Of a stretch of 59,677 nucleotides of DNA, positions 17,824 to 25,869 are shown piece after piece. The notes under the pieces are model-generated. The model worked only from the letters and a program-made list of their open reading frames with translations. It had not been told where the DNA came from and searched no databases. The stretch is from a virus, in IMG/VR virus record IMGVR_UViG_3300029581_000014. One strand, 5' to 3'. Within the stretch, counting starts at the first letter, position 1; the number at the start of each line of letters is the position of its first letter. The position numbers and the translations under genes were made by a program.

Positions 17824-18789
17824 ATGAGTGATTTAGATAAGTTTAATTACGAATGTCAGAATCAGATGAGCATTTTTGACATAATACGTGAACCGATACG
17901 GATTACAAAGCCTATAAGGCTGATAGAACTGTTTGCCGGATATGGTTCGCAGGCAATGGCACTGAAACGTATCGGTGCGAAATTTGAGCATTACAGAGTT
18001 GTTGAGTTTGATAGGTATGCCATAGCAAGCTATAACGCAGTGCATGGCACCGATTTTCCAACAATGGATATAACACAGGTTCATGCTGCGGATTTAGCCA
18101 TTACGGACACTGAAGCCTTTACTTACTTACTTACTTACTCGTTTCCTTGCACCGATTTGTCGGTTGCTGGAAAGCGAATGGGAATGAGCAAAGGTAGTGG
18201 AACAAGAAGCGGTTTACTGTGGGAAGTGGAACGGATTCTGACAGAAATACATGAAAGTGGTGGTGAATTACCGCAGATTCTGTTCATGGAAAATGTTCCG
18301 CAAGTCCACGCAGAATCGAATATGTCTGATTTTCAGAAATGGATTGATTTTCTTGTGAGCCTTGGATATGTGAACTACTGGCAGGATTTGAATGCTAAAA
18401 ATTATGAAGTAGCGCAAAATCGTGAAAGATGTTTCATGTTTTCATTTTTTGGAGAGTACAATTACCATTTCCCAGAACCGGTTCCATTAAAAAAGAAACT
18501 GAAAGATTACTTAGAGGAAAATGTGGAAGAAAAGTATTACATCAACAATGAAAAGGCACAAAAACTTATTCAGACACTTATTGACAACGGAACATTGCAA
18601 AAACACAATTCTGAGAGCAGAGCAGAGCAGAGCAGAGCAGAGCAGAGCAGAGCAGAGCAGACTTGCATTGACGGAACAATCTGCAATCCACAGCAAAGAG
18701 ACATTGCAAACTGCATCACAACAAGATATGACTGTGGAATCTCAAACCAACAGCAATTCGGAAATATGGTTGCAGAAAATTTGTATTGA
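17824..18789 (+). CDS. DNA (cytosine-5) methyltransferase, N-terminal part (motifs I-VIII plus the start of the variable region)
   Basis: 'ELFAGYGSQ' (I), 'FPCTDLSVAGK' (IV), 'MENVPQV' (VI), 'QNRERCFMF' (VIII). The ORF ends inside the variable region after the repeat tract. Confidence 0.85.
   Translation: MSDLDKFNYECQNQMSIFDIIREPIRITKPIRLIELFAGYGSQAMALKRIGAKFEHYRVVEFDRYAIASYNAVHGTDFPTMDITQVHAADLAITDTEAFTYLLTYSFPCTDLSVAGKRMGMSKGSGTRSGLLWEVERILTEIHESGGELPQILFMENVPQVHAESNMSDFQKWIDFLVSLGYVNYWQDLNAKNYEVAQNRERCFMFSFFGEYNYHFPEPVPLKKKLKDYLEENVEEKYYINNEKAQKLIQTLIDNGTLQKHNSESRAEQSRAEQSRAEQTCIDGTICNPQQRDIANCITTRYDCGISNQQQFGNMVAENLY
18614..18661. repeat. Pentanucleotide tandem repeat (AGAGC)x9 plus aga, inside the methyltransferase variable region
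   Basis: Counted directly. It encodes SRAEQ x3 in the current frame. Confidence 0.95.
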
Positions 18790-18899
18790 TACAAGCATGA
18801 GTGGATTAGAGGATGGTGCAATAAGAACATACAGAGACACAGCACCGTCTATAACCGCAAGGGAATATAAAGAGCCAAGAATGATATTGGAGTGATTGA

Positions 18900-19475
18900 A
18901 TGGAAGTAATAGGCAGCATATACACCGGAGTAACAGCAAATTTTCAGCGAGGTGTGTATCCGATCGCAAGGTGTGTAAAAGCAGAACAGCATGATTTAGG
19001 AGTAGTTATGGCAGATGTAAATGTTTTAGGCTCTCTTGAAGCAAAATTTGAGAGTACCAACAGAATTTACGATGTGGGGGGGGGCAGTCCAACATTGAGT
19101 ACTATGCAAGGTGGAAACAGGGAGCCTAAGGTTATTGTTGCCATGCGTGGCAGAAACCCGGATAATCCGTCTGATAGGACAACAGGAAGCCCAACAGAAC
19201 AGAGGTTAGAACCGAACATGAGTGGAACGAGTAATTGTCTTACAAGCGTGCAAAAGGATAATCTCGTACTTGAACCAAAATACAGGATTAGGAAGTTGAC
19301 TCCGAGAGAATGTGGTAGGCTCATGGGAGTATCAGACGATGATATATCCAAAATGGCAGTAGTGAACAGCAACACACAGCTTTACAAACAATTCGGAAAT
19401 AGCATTGTGGTAGATGTCATGTGCGCAATGTTCAAAAACTTAAATATTGAGCAAGGAACTGAAATCAAGAACTAA
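18900..19475 (+). CDS. DNA (cytosine-5) methyltransferase, C-terminal part (variable region plus motifs IX-X)
   Basis: Own SD ggag 7 nt upstream. 'RKLTPRECGRLMGVSDDD' (IX) and 'YKQFGNSIVVDV' (X). In a different frame from the N-terminal ORF. Confidence 0.8.
   Translation: MEVIGSIYTGVTANFQRGVYPIARCVKAEQHDLGVVMADVNVLGSLEAKFESTNRIYDVGGGSPTLSTMQGGNREPKVIVAMRGRNPDNPSDRTTGSPTEQRLEPNMSGTSNCLTSVQKDNLVLEPKYRIRKLTPRECGRLMGVSDDDISKMAVVNSNTQLYKQFGNSIVVDVMCAMFKNLNIEQGTEIKN
19076..19084. repeat. G9 homopolymer inside the methyltransferase C-terminal ORF
   Basis: gatgt-ggggggggg-cag, encoding VGGGS. Confidence 0.9.
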
Positions 19476-19485
19476 AAAGTGAAAT

Positions 19486-19557
19486 AGTAACTCAAAAGTT
19501 GAGTTAAGAAGTGAAAAATTTAATTAAAACTTTGAGTTACTATTTGAGTTCCACTCA
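19486..19557 (+). promoter_or_regulatory. Cluster of mutually exclusive AACTCAA/TTGAGTT pairings downstream of the methyltransferase
   Basis: AGTAACTCAAA (19486) is complementary to TTTGAGTTACT (19531). Extra TTGAGTT copies lie at 19499 and 19544, and ACTCAA at 19552. Confidence 0.4.
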
Positions 19558-19606
19558 ATAAATCAAAAGCAAGTTAAAATCCACCGGTAATACGAGGGAA
19601 AAATCG

Positions 19607-19668
19607 AACTAGTAAATTTTCTTTACTAGTTGGGCAAATGAACTACCGAGGAAAATTCGGTAGTTGGG
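19607..19668 (+). promoter_or_regulatory. Two tandem hairpins with conserved flanks AACTA...TAGTTGGG and covarying stems, just upstream of the 19685 gene SD
   Basis: AACTAGTAAA-ttttc-TTTACTAGTTGGG and AACTACCGA-ggaaaat-TCGGTAGTTGGG. Confidence 0.5.
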
Positions 19669-19684
19669 AAAATTAGGAGAATAC

Positions 19685-19918
19685 ATGAAAGTAAAAAATG
19701 AAGAAGTCAGATATTATCAGCCAAGATTTAAAAGGTGGATTGACTCTACTAAATGGGATTCAATTGTAGAAAGATTACCAGATGAACATATATCCATAAT
19801 AACACAAGTAATGAATGCTGAAAAAGATGGAGATTGCAGTTGGCTTATCTGGAAATGCTGCGATTATGTACTCGATAATATAAGGGCAATAGCAAAGAAA
19901 ATAGATAGGCTAACTTAG
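19685..19918 (+). CDS. Hypothetical protein (77 aa)
   Basis: Internal ATG with SD taggagaa. Confidence 0.55.
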   Translation: MKVKNEEVRYYQPRFKRWIDSTKWDSIVERLPDEHISIITQVMNAEKDGDCSWLIWKCCDYVLDNIRAIAKKIDRLT

Positions 19919-19944
19919 GATTTAGCGAAGGAGTTAAGTGAGAA

Positions 19945-20124
19945 ATGTGGTCACACGATGAACAGAAAGAAATAAATGACAGCTACGCTGTTATGGCAAG
20001 AATAACGTGTAAATATTGTGGAGCAGTAGTACACAAATATGTGGAAAGCCATTATACAGGCGGTTCCAAGTGTGTGATATTGGCAAAGTACTGTAGATTT
20101 TGCGGTAATGCTCTTAAGATTTAG
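19945..20124 (+). CDS. Zinc-ribbon small protein (59 aa)
   Basis: CxxC...CxxC ('CKYCG...CRFCG'). Preceded by the gatttagcgaaggag junction motif. Confidence 0.5.
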   Translation: MWSHDEQKEINDSYAVMARITCKYCGAVVHKYVESHYTGGSKCVILAKYCRFCGNALKI

Positions 20125-20138
20125 CGGAGGAACGGAAT

Positions 20139-20351
20139 ATGGAAAAAATAAAAGTAAGTGACATCGAGATAATTGTCACTGGAAAAAAAGAAAAACCTTA
20201 TTTTGAAATAAAATACAGAGAGGTCGGAAAACGGTATTACAATATTGGCTTCAGCTCATACAACCTGGATTATGTCTTCGACTGGAAAGAAAAGAGTTTC
20301 GAGGTGATTAAGCCAAAAAAGAATATCTTTAGAAAAATATTTAGGATTTAG
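20139..20351 (+). CDS. Hypothetical protein (70 aa)
   Basis: Track ORF with SD gcggagga. Confidence 0.55.
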   Translation: MEKIKVSDIEIIVTGKKEKPYFEIKYREVGKRYYNIGFSSYNLDYVFDWKEKSFEVIKPKKNIFRKIFRI

Positions 20352-20365
20352 TGGAGGTATCGGAA

Positions 20366-20644
20366 ATGTGTGATCTTAAGTGGGTAGAAGTTGATCCAGA
20401 ACAGAATGACTGGGAAATACAATATGATTTAGTTGCCTATGATGGTAATGTCACCATAGGCAGTATCGTGTACTGTGGATCAGAAATAGGCTGGCAATCG
20501 GTTATAGAGGGACATATGGATTATTTGGCAGCAGAAACACTGGCAGAAGCCAAGGATGAAATGATTTGTGCATTGGAAAGTCATTGCGATGATCAAATAA
20601 ACTATTATAAGGATCTGCAAGAAAGCATTGATGATCTAAAATGA
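20366..20644 (+). CDS. Hypothetical acidic protein (92 aa)
   Basis: Internal ATG 8 nt after gtggaggt. Confidence 0.55.
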   Translation: MCDLKWVEVDPEQNDWEIQYDLVAYDGNVTIGSIVYCGSEIGWQSVIEGHMDYLAAETLAEAKDEMICALESHCDDQINYYKDLQESIDDLK

Positions 20645-20718
20645 AATAGAGGGTCAGCCGTTTGACCGTTCAAGATGACCTTATAAACTTCTGAGACGGT
20701 ACCACGATATTTAGCCTT

Positions 20719-21060
20719 ATGTCGATAAACGAAGGACGGTTTTGCTGTTTTTGCGATAAGAAAGCAGCATTTAAAACTGAAAGAGAGTATAAAATGTCAC
20801 GACTTATAACATATCAGTCCGGTGGATTTACGAATTACGGAATCAGCTATCGAAAATATAGTCCGGAAGAATTGGAGGAAAGAAAAAGTATGTTTGTAAA
20901 AGGAAAACCCGAAAAAAGTGGAAATTATAGGGTTAGATATCACGGAAATGAAGGAAGGGATGATTATACCACATCAGGTGGTGGGCACTGGTGGAACACC
21001 GCTTCATCGAATGATCAGGAACAAGTAGAATATGATCCTGAAAGTTTTAGAGAATTATAA
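20719..21060 (+). CDS. Hypothetical protein (113 aa; start uncertain)
   Basis: Track ORF with no clear SD at 20719. An alternative ATG is at 20794. Confidence 0.4.
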   Translation: MSINEGRFCCFCDKKAAFKTEREYKMSRLITYQSGGFTNYGISYRKYSPEELEERKSMFVKGKPEKSGNYRVRYHGNEGRDDYTTSGGGHWWNTASSNDQEQVEYDPESFREL

Positions 21061-21099
21061 TGCGGTAAACTGAAATTTAGTGAAGAAAGGAAGAAGAAT

Positions 21100-21369
21100 A
21101 TGGCTAAAGCAGTATTAGTGATGGATATGCCATCAGTGTGCGGATGTTGCAAGATGTACAAGGGTAACTATCAAACAGGTGGGGATTGCATCTGCTTGAT
21201 TACTGGATACAAGGTGGAACTGAATACTAAGCCGGATTCATGCCCTCTCCGGGAATTACCGGAACGTGAGACAGAGATGACCGATGAGGACGATCTCGGT
21301 AGAGATTATGTAAGAGGAACGATGGACGGTTGGAATGCCTGTCTGGATGAAATAAAATCTATAATTTAG
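21100..21369 (+). CDS. Cys-rich hypothetical protein (89 aa)
   Basis: Track ORF with SD aaaggaag. Confidence 0.55.
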   Translation: MAKAVLVMDMPSVCGCCKMYKGNYQTGGDCICLITGYKVELNTKPDSCPLRELPERETEMTDEDDLGRDYVRGTMDGWNACLDEIKSII

Positions 21370-21385
21370 CGAAGGAGAATGGCTT

Positions 21386-21607
21386 ATGAAGTTATCAAAA
21401 CTGACTAAGCCAGAACTTGAAGAAATCTTCCGGAACGCCAATTTCACGGAAGAGGAAGAGAAAGTGTTTTGGGATTTGTCTAAAGGAATTTCTCAAAAAG
21501 AAATATCCTTTAGACATTCCATTTCTGTAACTACTGTAGAAAGAAGAGTAAGGTCTATAAAAAATAAACTTAAGCGGTTAGAAGGTGATAGATTTGGAAC
21601 TTTCTGA
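21386..21607 (+). CDS. Sigma-70 region-4 / LuxR-type HTH small regulator
   Basis: 'EEEKVFWDLSKGISQKEISFRHSISVTTVERRVRSIKNKL' has a region-4-like HTH. Confidence 0.5.
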   Translation: MKLSKLTKPELEEIFRNANFTEEEEKVFWDLSKGISQKEISFRHSISVTTVERRVRSIKNKLKRLEGDRFGTF

Positions 21608-21608
21608 T

Positions 21609-22805
21609 ATGGAAATATTGCAATATGCCGTTAGCAATGGTATGATTGACACGGAATCTTTGCAAAAAAGCATTGAAATGAAAAAGAAAGAGGAGTATCT
21701 GAAGAAACACCAATACGCAATCAACAAAGGCAAAGACGGATACTGGAGAACTTATTTGCCAGATGAAGAAAAAGGAAGGAGACTTGTAAAAAAGAAAAGC
21801 GAGGAAGATATCAAAGAAGAAGTTATTGAGTTTTACTACCAAAAAGAGCAAAATCCAACAGTTACAGAAGTGTTTTACGAATGTGAAGACCGGAGATTGT
21901 CTCTTAAAAAGATATGTAAAGCAACATACGACAGAGACGAGAGATATTTTCTCAGACACTATGGAGAGTTGGGAAAGCGAAGAATAAAATCAATATCAGA
22001 AGATGAATGGGGGGATTTTTTAGAGGAAGAAATTGCCGATAAAGAGTTGACACCTAAATCATTTTCCGGTCTAAAAGGAATTACAAGAACATTTCTTAAA
22101 AGAGCGAAAAAACGCAAACTTATTGATTTTAATATCGTAGAACTGTTTGATAATCTTGACGTATCTGATAGTGATTTTAAAAAAGTAATAAAAGAAGACT
22201 ATGAAGAAGTATTCGACGAATATGAAACTGATGTAATGATTAAGTATCTTGTCAGCCACCTTGATACTTCTAATGTTGCGATATTGCTTATGTTTTTAAC
22301 TGGCGTACGTATCGGAGAAGTTGTAACATTAAGGCATTCCGATTTTTCTGATAATACTTTTAACGTTCGCAGAACGGAGACGAAGTATAAAGATGAAAAC
22401 GGAAACAATGTTGTTGAAGTAAAAGAGTATCCTAAAACCAAGGCAGGAATCAGAACAGCAATTATACCAAGTGATTATGTATGGATTTGCGATAAAATAA
22501 AACACATGAATCCGTTTGGAGATTACATTTTTACAAAAAATGATATTAGGATCACCGCACAGGCGGTTAGACAAAGGCAGAAAAGGCTTTGCAGGAAATT
22601 GAAAATTTATCCAAAGCCACCGCACAAAGTAAGAAAGACATATGGAACTATTCTTATGGATAACAATGTGGATAAGAGACTTGTTATGGATCAGATGGGG
22701 CATACAGATATTATGACATCAGAAATACACTATCATAGGAACAGGAAAACCATTGAAAAGAAATCGTCTATTTTGAGTAGTATACCAGATTTACAGGCAA
22801 GGTGA
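21609..22805 (+). CDS. int: Tyrosine-type site-specific integrase
   Basis: 'LTGVRIGEV' (Arg), 'PHKVRKTYGT' (HxxR), 'GHTDIMTSEIHYHRN' (His..Tyr). ATG lies 2 nt after the previous stop. Confidence 0.85.
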   Translation: MEILQYAVSNGMIDTESLQKSIEMKKKEEYLKKHQYAINKGKDGYWRTYLPDEEKGRRLVKKKSEEDIKEEVIEFYYQKEQNPTVTEVFYECEDRRLSLKKICKATYDRDERYFLRHYGELGKRRIKSISEDEWGDFLEEEIADKELTPKSFSGLKGITRTFLKRAKKRKLIDFNIVELFDNLDVSDSDFKKVIKEDYEEVFDEYETDVMIKYLVSHLDTSNVAILLMFLTGVRIGEVVTLRHSDFSDNTFNVRRTETKYKDENGNNVVEVKEYPKTKAGIRTAIIPSDYVWICDKIKHMNPFGDYIFTKNDIRITAQAVRQRQKRLCRKLKIYPKPPHKVRKTYGTILMDNNVDKRLVMDQMGHTDIMTSEIHYHRNRKTIEKKSSILSSIPDLQAR

Positions 22806-22806
22806 T

Positions 22807-22992
22807 TTGACTACTATTTTTGCGAAAGTAGTCAAAAGTAATCAACAAAAAACACCTAGAAAGCCAGTAAATATGCGGAAAGTAAGAGGAATAGAGTGGG
22901 GTTCGAGCCCCCTTGCTTCCACTCGAAAAAGCTGATAAAATGGGCATTCCCGGGCAACGGGTAGTCGGATAGTAGTCAAAATAGTAGTCAAG
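22807..22992. other. Candidate attP: tRNA 3'-end-like core (about 22896..22921) flanked by four copies of the arm-type repeat (A)TAGTAGTCAA
   Basis: Repeat copies at 22807-22818 (inverted), 22827-22837, 22969-22980 and 22981-22992. The core 'ggggttcgagccccc-ttgcttcc-a' looks like a T-arm plus acceptor 3' strand. Confidence 0.55.
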
Positions 22993-23061
22993 CCTAAAAC
23001 GAAAGGAGTTTTTTGCAAAGATTCCAATAATTTTATATTGAATGAAATGTGACGGATACAT

Positions 23062-23083
23062 GACGGGTATACCGTCTTTTTTT
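23062..23083 (+). terminator. Rho-independent terminator (gacgg/ccgtc + T7)
   Basis: A 5-bp GC stem followed by seven T. Confidence 0.5.
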
Positions 23084-23117
23084 ATGCCAAAATTTAAGCA
23101 TAAGGAGGGATGACCTT

Positions 23118-23306
23118 ATGGGAAAATTCAAATTTTCAGATGAAACACTGGAACATATATTCAGCAAAGAACGTACAAGGGAAGTGCCGATTAAGTATCA
23201 ATCAATCATGGTTCATGTGATCGAGGAAGTTTTAGGAGAAACGGGTAATGCTTATGAATTTCAGTCCGTTGGGACTTATGAACAAGCCGACATATCAGAC
23301 ACTTGA
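23118..23306 (+). CDS. Hypothetical protein (62 aa)
   Basis: Track ORF with SD aaggaggga. Confidence 0.6.
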   Translation: MGKFKFSDETLEHIFSKERTREVPIKYQSIMVHVIEEVLGETGNAYEFQSVGTYEQADISDT

Positions 23307-23359
23307 TGAAGTTGAAATTGCGAAACAGATAGAATCAATGGAAGAAAGGGAGAATAGCC

Positions 23360-23839
23360 ATGCCGCAGCCGATTATGAATCCGAACTATTTCAATCCGCA
23401 GTATAGAACACCTATGTACGGACAGTTTATGCCACAACAGGAGCAATTCCAACCACAGCAATTTATGCAACAGCCACAGCAAAACACAGTACAGATGTAC
23501 GGTCGTATTGTACCGGCGCAAGAGTGCATAGCACCGAATGAGGTTCCTATGGATGGAAACACAGCATTTTTCCCAAAACAGGACCTGTCGGAGATCTATG
23601 CTAAATCCTGGGGAGCAGATGGGAAAATCTATACAAGGCTTTACAAGCCTGTTTTAGATGCAGACCCTAACAATTTACCGTCTGAAACAGAAAAGGCGAA
23701 ATTTGACCTATCAGACGAAGCCACAGCGGTATTTATGAAGCGTTTCGATGAATTAGAGCAAAAGATTGAGCAGTTGAAATCTTCGCAATCGCAAAGAAAA
23801 ACTCCACAATCGCAAAGAAAGGATGATGCAGATGCTTAA
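23360..23839 (+). CDS. Hypothetical protein with Q/P/M-rich N-terminus (159 aa)
   Basis: Track ORF with SD aagggaga. 'PQYRTPMYGQFMPQQEQFQPQQFMQQPQQ'. Confidence 0.6.
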   Translation: MPQPIMNPNYFNPQYRTPMYGQFMPQQEQFQPQQFMQQPQQNTVQMYGRIVPAQECIAPNEVPMDGNTAFFPKQDLSEIYAKSWGADGKIYTRLYKPVLDADPNNLPSETEKAKFDLSDEATAVFMKRFDELEQKIEQLKSSQSQRKTPQSQRKDDADA

Positions 23840-24044
23840 GTCAATGGGGAATCCGCAACAGTTTATACAAAATATGATGGGGAACAGCCAGATCATGTCT
23901 AACGACATGGTAAAAAACGCTTATGGGATGGCTCAAAAAGGTGATTTCCAAGGAGTAGAAAATCTTGCGAGAAACATCTGCAAAACGAAAGGTATAAATC
24001 CTGATGATGTAATAAGACAGATAAAAAGTCAGTTTCCTTTTTAA
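23823..24044 (+). CDS. Hypothetical protein (about 70 aa; start 23823-23832)
   Basis: Track ORF that overlaps the previous gene's end. Confidence 0.55.
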   Translation: MMQMLKSMGNPQQFIQNMMGNSQIMSNDMVKNAYGMAQKGDFQGVENLARNICKTKGINPDDVIRQIKSQFPF

Positions 24045-24115
24045 CAGCATATTAGAGGTTTGTGCACAAAACCCGGGAGACCTCTTTATGAATAAAATTA
24101 TGGAGGTAATCTAAT

Positions 24116-24892
24116 ATGTTTGAAACAAACAACAGTCCTTTTACCATGCCTGTTATTCCGGCTGCCGGAAATGGCTACGGAAATAATGGTGCATTTGGTG
24201 ACGGTGGATGGCTCTGGTTCATAGTCGTAATTTTTGCGATTTTTGGAGGTTGGGGCGGTAATGGATGGGGCGGTAATGGCTCTAATTCCAGTTACTATAC
24301 CGATTCTGCACTGCAAAGAGGGTTCGACACCCAGTCTATCATCGGTAAACTGGACGGAATCAACAACGGTCTGTGTGACGGATTCTACGCTGTAAACAAC
24401 GGTATGCTTACCGGATTTAATGGCGTAAATACCAACATTTTACAGACTGGCTATGGAATCCAACAGGCTATCAATGCAGACACCGTAGCAGGAATGCAGA
24501 ATGCTAACGCTTTACAGGCACAGTTAGCACAGTGTTGCTGCGATACCCGTGAAGCTATTCAAGGTGTGAACTACAATATGGCAACGAATACTTGCGCATT
24601 GCAGAACACCATGAACAACAACACTCGTGACATTATCGACAGTCAAAATGCCGGTACGAGAGCAATCCTTGACTACTTATGCCAAGACAAGATTGCAACT
24701 CTGACAGCAGAGAATAACGATCTGCGCAGAGCAGCTTCACAGGATCGGCAGAATGCACTTCTCACTACTCAGATGGCGGCTCAGACACAGCAGATCATCA
24801 ACACTGTGAAACCTGCACCTATTCCTGCATATCAGGTTCCCAACCCTAACGTATATTACGGATGTGGTTGCAACACTGGTTGCGGATGCTAA
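24116..24892 (+). CDS. Membrane-anchored G/N/W-rich protein with Cys-rich C-terminus (258 aa)
   Basis: SD ggaggtaa. TM segment 'WLWFIVVIFAIFGGWGG', motif 'QCCCD', and a C-terminal 'YYGCGCNTGCGC'. Confidence 0.65.
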   Translation: MFETNNSPFTMPVIPAAGNGYGNNGAFGDGGWLWFIVVIFAIFGGWGGNGWGGNGSNSSYYTDSALQRGFDTQSIIGKLDGINNGLCDGFYAVNNGMLTGFNGVNTNILQTGYGIQQAINADTVAGMQNANALQAQLAQCCCDTREAIQGVNYNMATNTCALQNTMNNNTRDIIDSQNAGTRAILDYLCQDKIATLTAENNDLRRAASQDRQNALLTTQMAAQTQQIINTVKPAPIPAYQVPNPNVYYGCGCNTGCGC

Positions 24893-25060
24893 AACTGCAT
24901 ATCGAGTAACTTAACCTTATGGTTATGTCTGCTATGCAGTATTACTTATAATCAAAGGGCAGACTATAATGTTTGCCCTTTTGCACATTGAAAACAGAAT
25001 ATTAAGTTGATGGATTTTTAAAGTCGTGGTACAATTTTCAAAAAAGAAAGGAGCGCCAAA

Positions 25061-25378
25061 ATGGTTATTTTCAGACAACATAGAGGTGGATTAGCTGAAT
25101 CCCTAGAAACGGCAAGGGAATTTGAAAACTTTGATGATATGAAAAAATACATATATCAAATTCACAAAGACTTTTTCCAAAAGATAGGAGCAACAAATGC
25201 ACCATTTGAAATATCAGACATTGTAATTGACAATACTTCAAAAACAGAAGATGTGAGAACGAATTGGCACGATACAATGTATGTTTGTGTTAAACGATAC
25301 GGAGACGAAGATTATATTGAAAAATACGGAACTCCGCAATGCATAGGAATGTGTGCTACAGACTACAAAAATAAATAA
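25061..25378 (+). CDS. Hypothetical protein (105 aa)
   Basis: Track ORF with SD aaaggagc. Confidence 0.6.
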   Translation: MVIFRQHRGGLAESLETAREFENFDDMKKYIYQIHKDFFQKIGATNAPFEISDIVIDNTSKTEDVRTNWHDTMYVCVKRYGDEDYIEKYGTPQCIGMCATDYKNK

Positions 25379-25388
25379 TGGATTTTCA

Positions 25389-25423
25389 AACCATCAACTA
25401 ATATTCAGTTGGTGGTTTTTTAT
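25389..25423 (+). terminator. Rho-independent terminator (aaccatcaact/agttggtggtt + T-run)
   Basis: An 11-bp stem with one G-T pair, followed by tttttatttt. Confidence 0.7.
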
Positions 25424-25446
25424 TTTATGAAAGAGAGGTACTTATT

Positions 25447-25869
25447 ATGGCTGAATATACAGCAGTAGCATTACAGACTGTGGCAGCAGGAGCGGACGTT
25501 GCTCTTACCGAAACTGCCGTGAATGGAAGTGGTTGTATCACTCACAGAGAGGGATCCGGAATTGTGAAGTTAAGAGGTATCACTAATCAGTGCCGGGCAA
25601 GATTCCTTGTAAGCTATTCCGGAAACATTCAGATTCCCACTGGTGGAGCTGTTGGTGAAATTTCCCTTGCGCTGGCAGTAGACGGAGAACCTTTACAGTC
25701 CACAAGAATGATTGTAACTCCGGCAGCAGCAGAGAATTTACAGAATGTTAGTTCACAAGCATATATTGACGTTCCAAGATGCTGTTGTTCAACAGTTTCG
25801 GTAATGAATACATCAAGTCAGGCAGTAGAGGTTCAGAACTCTAATTTAATCGTTATTAGGCAGGCTTGA
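25447..25869 (+). CDS. BclA C-terminal-domain-like (TNF/C1q-like jelly-roll) protein without collagen repeats
   Basis: 'QTVAAGADVALTETAVNGSG.ITHREGSG.I.L..G...RF.VSYSGN...PTGGAVGEISLALAVDGEPL...NSNLIVIRQA' follows the pattern of exosporium BclA C-terminal domains. This rests on memory only. Confidence 0.45.
   Translation: MAEYTAVALQTVAAGADVALTETAVNGSGCITHREGSGIVKLRGITNQCRARFLVSYSGNIQIPTGGAVGEISLALAVDGEPLQSTRMIVTPAAAENLQNVSSQAYIDVPRCCCSTVSVMNTSSQAVEVQNSNLIVIRQA

Noticed and set aside
18521-18895. Track ORF in frame 2 across the methyltransferase repeat, considered as an independent gene.
   Set aside because: It has no start signal of its own. It is better explained as the alternative reading frame reached from the N-terminal MTase ORF when the AGAGC repeat number changes.
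23278-23406. 42-codon ORF overlapping the start of gene 23360..23839.
   Set aside because: It has no SD, and it overlaps the end of one supported gene and the start of another. It is probably not translated.
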